Source of the DNA: Callorhinchus milii
Lineage: Eukaryota
Direction: 5' to 3'
Length of the DNA stretch: 64,000 nt
Assembly: GCF_018977255.1 (NCBI RefSeq)
Contig: NW_024704743.1
Span: 95,916,001-95,980,000 of the forward strand
Part shown: positions 37,770-51,083 of the stretch, piece by piece
Numbering within the stretch: position 1 is the stretch's first letter
Layout: the number at the start of each line of letters is the position of its first letter
The notes under the pieces: generated by a model
The model's database searches: none
Seen by the model: the letters and a program-made list of their open reading frames with translations, nothing else
Told to the model about the DNA's origin: nothing
Translations under genes and position numbers: made by a program

Positions 37770-38289
37770 CCTCTATTAGTTGATTAAGAGGGTATAGTAA
37801 ACCTTACAAGAATCTGCATTTACATAGCGCCTTCACATCTCAGAGCTTGGAATCCTATTGTATTTGCACCACTCAAAATGTAACCAAAGAATTCAGTTTG
37901 TCATAGTTTAGCAGAATTGTGGGATAGATGGATAGTGGTTCATCCCTTCGTATTTTGAAATTCCTTCAAAAAAAATTGGTCACTCAATCCACGACTGTTT
38001 GTGGGACACTGTTGTGTGCAATTGGCTTTTCACCACAAAATACACACTTTACAGTATATTTTATGAAGCGCTTTGAGACATCTCGAAGACGTGATAAGGC
38101 ACTGTATCAAATGCAAGGATTATTATTAATATTATTATAGTAATGCCCTACCAGATAAAACTTGCTCCTTAGTAGAGAGTGTATTGCAAATAGGTTTTCG
38201 TGAGGCTTAGTAGATGAATGTACCATTGTTAGTAAACCAAATAGATCAGGAATGGCCCTTGTTTATGATTCAATTTAGTTTAATTTCAA

Positions 38290-38555
38290 GGAGGGCAGTT
38301 TGGCCTTAATTGATCTCTGTACTTGGGGGGAGGATATTTTTTGACCAGGGTTCCTGCTCTCAATTACTATCCAATGTTTCAATTGTGAATAGACATCGGT
38401 GAAGATTGAGTCAGGCTGACTGTGCTCCCCTTCCCCAGATAAATAGCCTAGATTCACTGCCTAGGCTTAACATGAAGAATGGGAACTTGTGCTAGCACTT
38501 AGAAACCATTCCCCATACAGATCACAGGAGAACAGAAGAGGGGAGAAAACTGGGA
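38290..38555 (+). mobile_element. Old interspersed SINE-like repeat (family D)
   Basis: aatagcc...cactgcctaggcttaacatgaagaatgg...aggggagaaaactgg, the opposite orientation to the copies at 19360 and 25840. Confidence 0.5.
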
Positions 38556-39959
38556 GTGGGGAATGAATGACTTCAATTCTCTTGATAGAAATTAAACTCC
38601 TCTTACATTGAAAAAATAACCCTAATTATTAACTTTTTTTGTTAAAAAAAGGAATTGCAACACACATTTCCACTGGATTTTCCTTTGCTGCAGACGACTA
38701 CATCTTCTCCTGTATTCAGAAATTTCCCCCCTACTGTTTACCACCATGCATCTCGCTCACTTAACTTGAATAGCTGGACTGTTAAACAATAACCACAGGT
38801 CTATCCTTCATTTCCACACAAGTATGGCAATCAGTGGCTAACCTCAGTATAAAAAATAAAGTCCCCAAATGAAACAAGCATTTCTGTGTCTATCAAACGC
38901 TGCTAAGATTAAATCAGTTTTAAATCTCTTTACACACACCTCAGGGGCTGGAATTTTGAAAGCACTGCACTTCTGGCATTCGGGACAATCTTGTTCAGAT
39001 AAAGTTTATAAAAAGGGATCGAACCAGACAACAATGGTGTATCAGTCTGAGGACTGGGAACCTCAGATCACAGCGATTCCTAATGAGAATACTGCATGGT
39101 TGAGTAAATCCCAAGTTTCTAATTGGCTAGGCAGCTATTATTAATTCCTATGCAACTCTCGCCTTGTGATTTTTGTCTCAGTCTCATGTTTCAGCATAAA
39201 ACTCACTGAAACAATCACAATGGCCTCATTGCTGAATGTTCAGAAAGCTGATATCTCACTAGTACAATATGAGTAAGAACCATTCATGTTTTAAAGCAAT
39301 TTTCACTGATAAATAAATATCATTTCTGGGTGCAAGTCAAAGTCAAATCAATAAAATAAGATCCCCCCAATTTTCTTTTTAATAAACAAATATGCTGATT
39401 TTATTCAGCATCCGTGATGGTACAGGCTCATCCTGAAACTTGCTCGGCTGGATCTGAGAATGTGTGCACAGTGCGACACATGAGTATCAGTCACATTGAA
39501 CGGGCATTGTGGGTGGGGGTAGGTGTTGTGTAAATTTCCCAGCCCCAATTTTCTCCCTTCCTTTTAAAAGCAAAAAAAATCCTGAAAACCAGCTAACTTT
39601 GCTCCAGGTGTTTTTTTCCTTTTCTGCTGTCACAAAAATACATTTCAAATAACATTTGTGCAGGTTTGTAGGCCTGGTCACTCCAGTGTTAATCCTGTTC
39701 ATTACTGGTCAGAATGTGCTTTATGCAGAAGCAACAAACGATTCAACTCTGTGTAGTTTTCATAAGTATGGTGGCAGGAAACAGGCAATTCTACAAGTTG
39801 CCTCAGTTATATACAAGCTACATTAAGAAGCAATTCTGACTACGAATAAAAATGTCTACAATTGATAGAAGCAATTTTATACTTTACTTTACAGTGTATC
39901 CTGTGAAGCTCTTTGAGACATCTCAAAGACGTGATAAGGTGCTATACCAAATGCAAGGA

Positions 39960-40315
39960 CTATTATTATTTATTATTATTTTAAGCGCCTTATCACATAT
40001 CAAATTGCTTCATATAGTTTTACTGTAAAATGTAGTGACTGTGGAGATTTGTAAGCAAACAGTGACTGTGTGTTTATAGCCAATTTCTGCATAGCAATAT
40101 CCCACAAACAGTCATGAATGTAATGACCACTTTTTAAAAAAAATATGGGTACTGAAGTCCATGTTTTTTTGGTCAGGACCCTGAGGAAAAACTCACTTCC
40201 CTTTTCAAATAGTACTGTGAGACCTTTAACGTCCACCTGAACATGCAAACAGGTCCTTGGTTAAACGTCTCATCTGAAAGACAGCACCTCCGATAATGCA
40301 GTGCCTCCCATAATG
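39960..40315 (-). mobile_element. Deu-domain-like SINE (family B)
   Basis: Reverse complement of gctgtctttcagatgagacgtttaaccaagg...ggtggacgttaaagg. Confidence 0.7.
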
Positions 40316-40709
40316 ACTCTTCCATGGCTCTGTATGCCTGCCAAGCACTTCATTTATCCACTTAAGTGCCTGAACATTTCAGATTCATCAGATAAACAAG
40401 TTTGTTCTTCCTTTAGAGTAATCTACATTAGGCATGCAGGATGTGACCTTCCGTGAAGGGCGCAAAATAAATGCAAGTTATTACATTGAGCCTTTTATTT
40501 TTCATTACTATTTACTACGACTTTGCTTTTATTATTACTGTGCTTTACTTTTACTATTACCTTGCAGTAATAGTAATTAAAAGGGTTGCTTTTGGAGCAC
40601 AATTGATTGGGGCATTTGAATGAGGAATTAGATAACGAATGCTAAAACTCCCAAAGTTATGAAGCTGATCAACTAGCATAAAAAGCACAAACCCCTTTTT
40701 AGTACAAAC

Positions 40710-42225
40710 CCCGCATGAAACCGACCACCTGCTCCCTCGACCGCATCCTTACCTTTCCTTACCTCCCAGCTCCACCTCCTTGCCCCTCTACTCACAGACA
40801 TCATAAACCTCTCCCTGTCCACTGGCACCGTTCCCACGCCTCTAAAAACGGCCGTCATCACTCCTATCCCTGAAAAACCCTCCCTGGACCCATCCCTGCT
40901 CTCAAAGTACTGTCCCACCTCCAACCTCCCTTTCCTTTCAAAGTCCTAGAACGAGTCTTTGCTTCCCAGCTTCGCCCCTTCCTCTCGCACCACTTCCTTC
41001 ACCATCCCCTCCAATTGGATTTCTGTGCCGCCCATAGCACAGAGACAACTTTGGTCAAAGTGACAAATGATATTTTGTCCATCTGCGCCCAGGGCTCCCT
41101 TTGCCTCCTTGTCCTCCTTGACCTATTTGTTGCCTTCGATACTGTTACCCACTCTATCCTCCTCCACCGCCTCTCCTCTTACCTCAACCTTCATGGTTCT
41201 GTCCTTGACTGGTTCAGATCCTACCTCTCACACCATCTTCACTTCATCTCCACCAACGGTTTCTCCTCTAGCCCCCATACCATCTTGTGCGCGCGCATTC
41301 CTCAGGACTCTGTCCTTGGTCCCCTCCTCTTCAATATGCTCCCTCTTGGTGACATCATCCACAGACATGGGGGTCAATCAACTTCCACATTTATGTGGAT
41401 GAAACCCAACTCTACCTCTCTGCCTCCACCCTTGACTCCAGGATCACTGCTGTCCCGACAGAATCTCTGTCAGACATCAAGTCCTGGATGAAAGCTAACT
41501 TTCTTCAGCTGAACGCCAACAAGACGGAGGCCCTCCTGATTGGTTCCAGTCAGCGCCTCCACACCTCAGGCACTGACAGCATCACCATCCATGGATGCAC
41601 AATCCATATCACTGAGCCAGTCCAGAATCTTGGGGTTTTGTTTGACCCTCAACTATCCTTTCTACCCACATCCGTGCCATGACCTCCTCTGCCTTCCCCA
41701 CCTCCGCAACATTGACCAGCTCCGCCTCTGTCACAGACTGCAGGTTGCTGAAACTCTCATACACGCATTCATAACATCCAGGATTAACTATCGCCCCCAT
41801 CCTCGCCCGACTCCACTGGCTTCCCATCACACAGAGGATACAGTTCAAGATCCTGGTCCTCACCTTTAAAGCCCTCCACGGCCTTGCTCCTCCTACTTGC
41901 TGCCCCCTACCTCTACAACCTCCTAACCCCTTACCAACCTGCCCACTCCTTCCGTTCAGCGGGCTCTGGCCTGCTTCACATCCCCTGCCTCGCCCGCCCC
42001 ACCATTGGCGGGGGGCCTTCAGCCACACTGCCCCCACCCTCTGGAACACTATCCCTCAGTCCCTCTGCCACTCCCCTTCTTCTTCAACTGTGGCTTCAAT
42101 CACCCTCCTTCCCCCACCCTCCCCTATCCCGACCCCCAGCTCGGGTCCGAAACACTGATTGTCCAGCGCCTTGGGATGTCCTCCTGACATGAAAGGCGCT
42201 GTACAAATGTAAATTTGTTGTTGTT
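40710..42225 (+). mobile_element. L2-clade LINE, 5'-truncated, degenerate RT
   Basis: HSTETTLVKVTNDI, LLDLFVAFDTV, PQDSVLGPLLF and WMKANFLQLNANKTE, with frameshifts and a (ttg)n tail. Confidence 0.92.
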
Positions 42226-42374
42226 TAGTAAAGTGGTTAAAACACCAGAAACTGGTTTGTTCCTCCACTGTATTCAACGTGGTCTTCAGAGCCCGAAATC
42301 TCTGATGGCCATTTAGTGTACCACTAAAGTACGCCCTTTGTTGAACTACTTGGGAATTGGACAGAGCCATAGCA

Positions 42375-42960
42375 GAAAAAATGTAGAGAAATGCAAAGTG
42401 CTTCACATGGGAACAAAAAATCCAGAAAGGCACTATCATTTAAATGGAAATAAAATAATTTGTATGGAAAATGAAAAGAACCCGGGGGTCCTGATCGACG
42501 ATAAATTGAATCTCTCGCAACAGTGCTCGGTAGCAGTGATTAAGGCAAACCAGATGCTAGCCTGTATTTAAAGGGCAATATGGAGTCAAAATAGTGGCGT
42601 AATCCTGCCACTTTATAAAAGTCTAATGCGACCGCACTTGGAATACTGTGTGTAGCTCTGAAGAAGAGAAGATTGAAGGACGATATGGTTGCAGTCTTTA
42701 AGATTCTGAAGGGACTAGATAATGTAGACCACGATAAGTAGTTTTATCTTGTACTGAATTGTAGACCCTGAGGACACGGCCTGCGATTGAAGGGAGGTAA
42801 ATTCAGAACAAATCTGCAGAAACACCACTTCAGTGAGCGAGTAGTAAACTTATGGAACAGGCTCCCGAGGGATACGGTGGAACCAGAAAGTCTCTTTTGC
42901 TTCCAGAGCAAATTAGATAGATTTCTGCTAGAAAATAATATCTTGGGATACAGAATATAG
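42375..42960 (+). mobile_element. CR1-type LINE 3' fragment
   Basis: NVEKCKVLHMGTKN...GVLIDDKLNLSQQC...KANQMLACI and RPHLEYCV motifs. Confidence 0.88.
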
Positions 42961-43006
42961 TTTGGGACACGACATGTCAAGCAACTACCAGGATGGTGGA
43001 GGGCAA

Positions 43007-43716
43007 ACTACAACAACTTGGATTTATATAGCGCCCTCCACGCCGGACGGTGTCTCAGAGCGCTTCACAGTAGCGGATCCCGAGACCAAGCCAAGGGGAG
43101 GCGGAGGAAGGTGACCAAAGGTGCGGTTGAAAAGAAAGGTCTTCAGCCGAGACTTGAAAATAGGAAGAGAGGGGGGCGAGGCAACGGGAGTGAGGAAGGG
43201 AGTTCCAGAGCCTCGGGGCGTAGTGGCTGAAGGCACGGCCGCCGAGGGTGGAGCGGAGGACTCGGGGTGACAAGTAGGAGGCCAGACCCAGAGGAACAAA
43301 GGCAACGGGCACTGCTTTGAGGAGAGAGGTCAGAGAGGTAGAGGGTGCAGAGGAGTGCAGGGATTTGAAGACATCGGTGAGAATCTTGAAGTGGATCCTC
43401 TCTGGACAAGCAACCAGTGCAGTCTGGCAAGGACTGGGATTATCGGGGAGCGGAGTTTGGTGTGAGTGAGAATGCGGGTGGCAGAGTTTTGTATAACCTG
43501 GATTTTATGGATGGTAGTGGAGGGGAGGCCGGCAAGGAGGGCATTTGAGTAATCCAGCCGAGAGGTGGCAAAGGCATGGACCAGGATTTCAGCGGCTTTC
43601 AGAGAGAGGTACTGGCAGAGATAGGTAATGCATCAGAGGTGGAAGAAAGCGGTGCTGGTGAGGGACCGGATGTGAGGAAGGATAATTGGGGATTGAACCT
43701 GATGCTTAGGTTGCGA
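43007..43716 (-). mobile_element. L2-clade LINE 3' fragment
   Basis: Minus-strand GGRAFSHYAPRLWNSLP...FKSRLKTFLF. Same subfamily as 59280-60208. Confidence 0.88.
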
Positions 43717-44019
43717 ACTAGATGGACCTTTGTCTTCTTTCGTCTAGCAAATTCTTATCTTCTTAAAGATAAGCAGTCTTGTTTCAAGACTCGTCTTTTC
43801 TGTAGGTATTTGGAAAACATTATCTACGTGAGCCGCAAATGATACCCGGAACAACAACATTCTGAAATAGTGCGTGGTTCTTGTTATTTTTGGACAGGTG
43901 TGTTGATGTATGTGGTTTGTCTGCTCAGAAAAATAAAGAAATATGGGGCTGGAGGCTGTATGAGAGAATTAGTTTATACCATCTGCTGGCGGATATAGAT
44001 TGGATCAAGGTTGTAAGAT

Positions 44020-44400
44020 CAAGCCCCACCTTTTCTCTTGGAACTCATATAGTCTAAGATGACGTACCAATGCAGCGCTAGGGGTATGTTGCTTTATCGG
44101 GAGTGTCGTCCTTTGAATGAGACGTTAAACCGAGGTTCCACCTGCCTGTTCAGTTCAGGTGGATGTTAAAAATGCCATGTCACAATTTGAAAAGAGAAGT
44201 TTTTCTTGGTGTCATGGCCAACAACCCGCAAAAAAAATTTGTCATTCACTTTGTGGCTGTTTGTGGGACATTGCTGTGCGTAAATTGGCTGCCTAATTTT
44301 CTCACAAAACAGTCACTCCATTTTACAATATATCCAGTGAAGTGCTTTGGGAGAATCTCCTGACGTGAAAGATGCTGTACCAAATGCAAAGATTAGAATT
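44020..44400 (+). mobile_element. Deu-domain-like SINE (family B)
   Basis: gtcctttgaatgagacgttaaaccgagg...ggtggatgttaaaaatgccatg core with an L2-like tail. Confidence 0.72.
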
Positions 44401-46909
44401 ATATGCTAAGTAAATGGTATTGCAGTAGGACAACAATAAAAACAAAATGTGTGCCTGAGAATGCCTATTCCTTTATTTTCTAAAGAGAAGATTTTGAGAC
44501 TTCCCAAATGAATCTGGAACAAAGTTTACTTATCTGTGGAAGGATTACAAACCAAGGAATTCTTGTAGGCAATATCTTGGTTCCCAGAGATTCTGGGAAG
44601 TTGATCAGTTTAGTTGAAGGCTCAGTATTTTCCTGGTGTTTGTGGAGATTTGGAAATGTCAGTTCATGGTTCATTGAACAAGACTTTCCCAGATTAATTA
44701 TTCTCTTGTTTGCTTTCAATGTAAATTCGCTTGCTCTTTATCTGCTTCAAGAACTTGTTCCAAGCCAAAGTTACTGTATTGTCTTAGGCAGACGCTTAGT
44801 ACTTTAGCATGTGACAAAATATAGGGATGGGGGGTAGGTAGAAAGAAGAAAGGTAGTCTTTACAAGGGTTATAAATACTCTAGATGCTGAATAGTTGCCA
44901 GTGATGTCTGAGACAATCTCTAGGAAGGTCTGTGCCAAATGCCCTTTGAGTCATTCAATGGCAGGAGAGATCAGATGTGACATCTGTAACTTGTTGTTGT
45001 ATATTGGGTTCCAAATGAGTGCAAGTGTAGCTGAAGCTCCCAAGACAACCAATGGATATCCCTTCCCCAGTATTGAGAATGGGTTAGAAATAGCACTTTA
45101 CTTTCAGTCTTTGATTTGCATTTACTCTTCCTTGTGTGATGCTGCATCAGTGGCTGTTTTCCAGAAGGATGATCTGAAACCTGAACTCATAGCCAAACCC
45201 TCCCTGGGAGTTTTCTTCCAAGCTTTATCCCTATGCAAAAATGAATAGTGCTTGAAAGAGGCAGCCTTGTTTCTTTGTCCTTCTTTGTATGCCTTTTGCT
45301 AGCCTGCAGAGGTTGAGTAAGGTCAGTTTCTGAAATCTGCTTTTCTTTGTTCTTTTAAGAAAGCCTTGACAAATTCTGCTGGCTATAAAATTGCAGTTTA
45401 ACAGGAGACACCACAGGCAGTATGCATAAGAACCGATTGAAGGGACAGACTTTCTGCACTTAGTGCTGCATTTAAGACCACAAGATTAGATAAAACTGTG
45501 GAGGAAATTCCTCCAATATGTGATTAGCAATTTTAAACAAAAAAGGGCATGGCTTTATAGCAATGCTTTATTAAAAGATGAAAGACCCTGTGCTGCAAAT
45601 GACAACAGAAGAAAAACAACTGAAGCAGTCACGTAAAGTGAAATGGTCTCAGACAGTAAGTACTGCCTGAAAAGTCTGTAAAGCGATAAGTATGCTTTCA
45701 ATTTGCCTGGTAGTAAACTTACTTATGGTAACTGAATAAAACCAAAACAAAGAACAATGGGTCATTCATTTCTCATCAGTTACTTTGTCATTTTTCGCAC
45801 AATTCCCCATATGCTACACTCAAGAAAAAAGTGAAAAAAGAGAAAAAGAAAATACAGAGAAGTTCCAATTTAACAATGCAACACTAGGGAATACTGTATA
45901 TTCATTCACAAAATACAGTCACTCCATTTACAGTATAGCCTGTGAAGTGCTTTGAGACATCCTTCTGATGTAAGAAGGTGCTATATAGCAAATGTAAGGA
46001 TTATATTGGGTTTTAGTACTTCTCTTCCCCCTCACTAACTACATTTGTTTTACTGCTGAGATCTCCACTTTCTTTTACATGTAAGGTGTGATATAAATAC
46101 AAGCTGTTACTAACTCAGTCATATGCAGATTGCAATTTACAAGATAGCTTTAAACGTTTTTTAGGCTACAAGCGATTAAAGGAGACATTTTACTGTAAAG
46201 TTTTTGGTAAGTGGGTGTCTGAGGTTTACAGAGAGCCTGAGTCATGCTTGAGCCACCTCTTCTAGTAATCCTACAATAGCATTTTTTAAAAAAAAACTTT
46301 TTAAAGCACACTGAAAAAGAACCTTATTTGTAGCTCCAGGAAGCAAACTGTAGAATGAGTAGAATAACAATAATAATAATAATCCTTGCATTTGATATAG
46401 CGCTTTTCACGTCGGGAGGACGTCCCAAAGCGCTTCATCCTCTAATGTAGCATTGAAACAAGCCAGTCAGCCCAAATTTCACCTGGGTCTTAATTTACAC
46501 TGTTTATGTAGCATTTTAGAGCACTCAGAATTTGATATAACAATAATTCTTGCATTTGATATAGTGTCTTATCATGTCATTGGAGCATCTCAAAACGCTT
46601 CACAGAATATACTGTAAAGTGTAGTGACTGTGTGTTTTGTGTGCGAAACGCGTCAGCCAATTGCACACAGCAGTGTCCCACAAACAGATCACATTATCTC
46701 CTTAATGATCCACTTAAGTCTCCTGACAAGCTTCTTCGTACTCAGCATTAAAAGCAGCCCTCAATCTTTCCATAAGTATCAAATTAGGGTTTCTATTAAG
46801 TGTCTGTGGCTCAGTGGGTAGCACTCTACCCACTGTTAAATTTTAAATTTAACATTTGCAAATGTTTGCGAGTGCTCTAACCACTGAGCTACACGGATGA
46901 ACTCCGTGG

Positions 46910-47810
46910 AGACTTGGAAGCACATAGTCTAAACCGACACTCAAATGCAGCGCTGGTGATGTTTTGCATTGTTAGCGGTGCCGTCCTTCGGATTGGATCA
47001 TAGAATTAAAGAGCACAGAAGAAGGCCATTCAGCCCATCGTATCTGTGTCGGCTCTTTGAAAAAAGCTATCCAAATCAATCCCACTCCCCCGCTCTCTCC
47101 CCATAGCCCTGTAATCTTATCCTCCCCAAATAATTATCTACTTCTCTCTTAAAAGTTGTTATCGAATCGGCTTCCACCACCCTTTCAGGCAATGCATTTC
47201 AGTTCCAAACAACTCGCTGTGTGAAAAAAATTCTCCTCACCTCCCCTCTATTTCTTTTAACAACTATTTTAAATCGGTGTCTTCAGATTACCGACCCACC
47301 CACCAATAAAAATAATTTCTCCTTGTTCACCCTATCAAATCCCCTCATAATTTTGAAAACTTCTATTAAGTCTCCTCTTAATCTTCTCTGCTCCAAGGAG
47401 ATTAAACTTCTGCAAACTTGGAAATTGTACTCCCTTTACCCAAGTCCAGGTCATTTATAGATTGAAAAGAGCAGTGGTCCCAATACAAACCCCTGGGGGA
47501 CACCCCTCCACACTTCCCTCCAGTCAGAAAAACAACCGTTGTTAAAACCGAAGTCCCGTCTGCCTGTTCAGGTGGACGCTAAAGATCCCATGGCACTATT
47601 TGAAAAGAGAAGGGAGTTTCTCCCGGGGTCCTGGCCAACAAATCCCCTAAATAAATTGTTCACTCATTCCACGGCTGTTTGTGGGACATTGCCGTGTGCA
47701 ACTGGCTGCCACGTTTTGCCTACAAAATACACAGTCATTCCACTTTAAGAGAATATCCTGTGAAGTGCTTCAAGTTGTCTCAATGACATAAGCAGCTACA
47801 TCAACTTCAA
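46910..47810 (+). mobile_element. Deu-domain-like SINE (family B) split by an antisense CR1 insertion
   Basis: The left half ends ggtgccgtccttcggat (about 46993). The right half resumes gttaaaaccgaagtcccgtctgcctgttcaggtggacgctaaagatcccatggcactatt (about 47541). Confidence 0.75.
46997..47538 (-). mobile_element. CR1-type LINE 3' fragment
   Basis: Reverse complement of the CR1 end at 12060-12286 (gcttccaccaccctttcaggcaatgcatt). Confidence 0.85.
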
Positions 47811-48744
47811 CAACAACTTGCATTTATATAGCACCCTTCAAGCGAGGTATTATCATAAGCAGTCAGTTCCAAACTTGATCGGGGTTAATTTAATTTAACA
47901 GCAATTTGATGTCATCACATTTGGTCATCCAGCTTCTCAGAAATGAGCAGTGTCAGGGGTCTGGGAGGATGCATCTAATGTGATAAATATCAAATTCATC
48001 ATAAATTGGCCCATTGTCAGTAATATTCTTCCTGTGAACAAGAGCATTGGCCCAATCAGTTATAATACAAGGCACATTGGTCACTCCAGCTTGGCAGCAC
48101 GTTCATCGTAAATTCAAGCATCTCTCCAAGTGAAACAAAGCTCTCCATGGCACAGAAGGTAACTGGTGAACAATCCCAGTTTTTTTCATTTTGTTAGTAA
48201 ATATGCTCTTTCTAAAAGGGTTTTTACATCACCGAGGTGCTATTACACGATCACCTCAGCAGAAACTGCTGTGGAATTTACTCTGTTTGCTTCGAAGGGT
48301 GGATACCACAGTGCTGGAGATGTGTGCAGCTGTTTGTAAGTCACAGATAGAAATCCTAGTTTCCCGCTTGCATTCTGTGTAAGTACCATACAGGCCAGTC
48401 CCACACAAAAATATTGCTGATCTGCACAGTTTTCAGAGCTCAGCCAGGCAACGAGTAGAAGAATGCTTATGAAACACTTACAAGTGAAACACTGGTAAGC
48501 GCTTTGAGACGCCGTCCGGCGTGAAGGGAGCTATATAAATCCAAGTTGTTATTGGCAGCAACCAGTGCTACTTGTCTATAGCAGCGTTCCTGAATCTACT
48601 TCCCTAGAGGCTCCACTCCTCGGCCTCCAGTAACTCAACTAAGTGGCCATTTATAATGTCCGGGGTTGGACAATTTGTACTACAACAACAACTTGCATTT
48701 ATATAGTGTCCCTCAGGCAGGGTAGCATCCCAGAGCACTTGACA

Positions 48745-49182
48745 GCACTGTCACCCTGGATCATTGGCAGGACCTGCAAGGGCAAAGCAGTCACTAGAGG
48801 CAGGGAGTCATCCTGCTCAGCTCCTGTTAACCCTGCAAGACTGAGCCCTAATCGGCGATAGGTGGTCCTAGCTGGACAAGCAGTGGGCAAGTTTGCCAGA
48901 CAGCGATACCAATGGCAAATTATACGGCTTTAACTGCTTATATTCCAGCAGTACCCAACGCATACTCTGTGGTCCCCAAGCCTTGGCTCTTGACAACCTG
49001 CGGCTAATACTTTCCAGAATTAGGTAAGCAGGATGCATCCCTCCTGAGAGAGAGTGCGCATTGCATTCCAATAATCTATTTCTGGAATTTTCCTGTGTAG
49101 TTGGGATGCATGGAAATCTCAGTTTGATTTGGACACTCTTAAGCATGGTAATGGGTTTCCACATGTCTCCGACAAAAAAAAC
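48745..49182 (+). mobile_element. Old non-LTR retrotransposon 3' end (family C)
   Basis: gctcctgttaaccctgcaag...gggatgcatggaaatctcagtttg...gggtttccacatg, followed by an A-tail. Confidence 0.65.
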
Positions 49183-49624
49183 TCACCAGTAGAGATGCAT
49201 AACACTCCAACCGTATCCACACATTACAATGCTGTACTGTGAGAAGCTATCATAGCGCTCCATGACTCTATCCTGTGTAAAGGATGCCATATAAAAGCAA
49301 ATTGTTGAAGCAGGTACATAAAGTGTACCTACCCTCGGCAGCAGCATGCAGGTAAAAGGAATATACAAAAAGGCACCTATACATGATAGTTCATGCAAAC
49401 AGGCATGTTAATTTGTTTTGTTTTGCACAAATGGCTCAGAGTCTGCCAAAATCTGAAATAAATGATCCATTGTCTGTTGAAAAGGATACTTATCAGGTAT
49501 GTCGTAAATCTGGTAAAGATATTGGGACAACTTAAATTTTCAGAGACAGACTGCAGTGAGGATACAAAATACACAGAACCAATGTTAGTAACTGCCTTTT
49601 TAATGGAGCAAATATTTACAAATA

Positions 49625-50198
49625 CTAAGTATCTTTGAGGTCTGGTAATCCTTGTTGCAGCCGTGCAGCCCTCAGCTCCTCCACTCGGATTCTGGCCCTC
49701 AACAGGTCTTCCTCTAGCACCTGCTTACTTTTAAGGATTTCCCTTTTCTCGTCAAGATACAGTCCAAACTTCCTTTGGTTTTCCATAATAATCTCATGCT
49801 CCTCTGAGGACATGAGCTGCATTTCTCCATTATCACGGCCGGCCATGTGCCGCAGGACACCGCCCTGGTGATGGTGGTGACTGAACAAAACATCTTCTCG
49901 TCTTGCAGGTTGAGGGGATGGAGTTAAGGACATTTGAGCGTCACAAGATGAAGAAGGTGAGGCGGAGCCATTTGTCGCCTGCTGAGTGTCTGTTTTGTTC
50001 TGTTGCTCCAAGCTCTCAGTTGGTGGTGATACCACACTTAATATCGGAGGAGGTTTCTCTTCATGTTCTGGTTCGGACTCTGGGGTTATCCAATCAGGAC
50101 AAGAATGTGATTGATAGCCTGAGGGACCAGGCTGTAAATACAGGGTACTAGGCTGTTCCACACAGGAATCCTGTTCAGAAGCAGAACTCCCTCCACGC
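49625..50198 (-). CDS. FSBP: FSBP terminal coding exon 2
   Basis: Polypyrimidine tract plus catcag| acceptor in phase 2, matching exon 1. Ends in EEHEIIMENQRKFGLYLDEKREILKSKQVLEEDLLRARIRVEELRAARL, the FSBP C-terminal motif. Stop at 49625-49627. Confidence 0.9.
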
Positions 50199-50796
50199 CT
50201 GATGAAAAATATAAATAAAACATAGTGTAACAAAGAAAACTGTAACAAATAGTTTACAACTAAATGCACATTAAACACATGTCATCAGAGATCAACAGAC
50301 ACTAAGTTATACAAATTGTCTTACAGCAATATTCAGGTAAAATATGTTTCCCTTAACATTAGGGTGTCAGCCTGATTCAGTTGGTAGCACTCTCCCTTCA
50401 GTCAGAAGGCTTTAAATTCAAACCCACATTATGACTTTAGATCTAGAATAACTCAAGTGTAGTGTGTGGGAAGCACTGGATTAACAACAACTTGTATTTA
50501 TATAGTGTTCTTCATGTAGGATAAAGTTTCAAAGCACTGATTATTTGACAAATCGTCCTTCAGATGAGATGGACAAGTCTACATGTTCTGGTGGATGCTA
50601 CAAATCTTATGGCAGGATTTGAAAAAAGATGTTTCTCCCTGTGCTCCAGATTTTTAAAAATGCTCATTCATTTCATGTTTTTTTGCAGGTATTGCTATGC
50701 AGAAACTGGCTGTCATGTTCACCTACAAATATATATAGTCGCTACACTTTACAGTAAATCTTGTGAAACGCTTTGAGAAATCCTCCCAATGTTAAA

Positions 50797-51083
50797 TAAA
50801 AATAATCCTTGCATTTGATAAAGCGCTTTTCACATCTTCTGGATGTCTCAAAGCGCTTCACAGGATATACTGTAAAGTGAATAGAATTAAGGTCGAAACG
50901 CGGCAGCCAATTGACCACAAACAGTCGTGGATTGAAGTGAACAATATTATTGTTTTTTATCTTGGGGGATTATTATCAGGTGTGTGGAATAAGGAAACTT
51001 GCCCAAGGTTGCACCCTGCTGGGATTTGAACCCAGGTCTCTCGCTTGCGAGATGAGTGCTCTAACCACTGAGCTACAGGATTC
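50797..51083 (-). mobile_element. tRNA-derived SINE (family A)
   Basis: Antisense head-to-tail copy. It sits within the tail of a family B SINE that starts near 50366. Confidence 0.85.

Noticed and set aside
44480..44719. ILPTRIPWFVILPQISKLCSRFIW, reminiscent of L1/Tx1 ORF2
   Set aside because: Only one weak motif with no supporting RT motifs nearby, which is too little to call.
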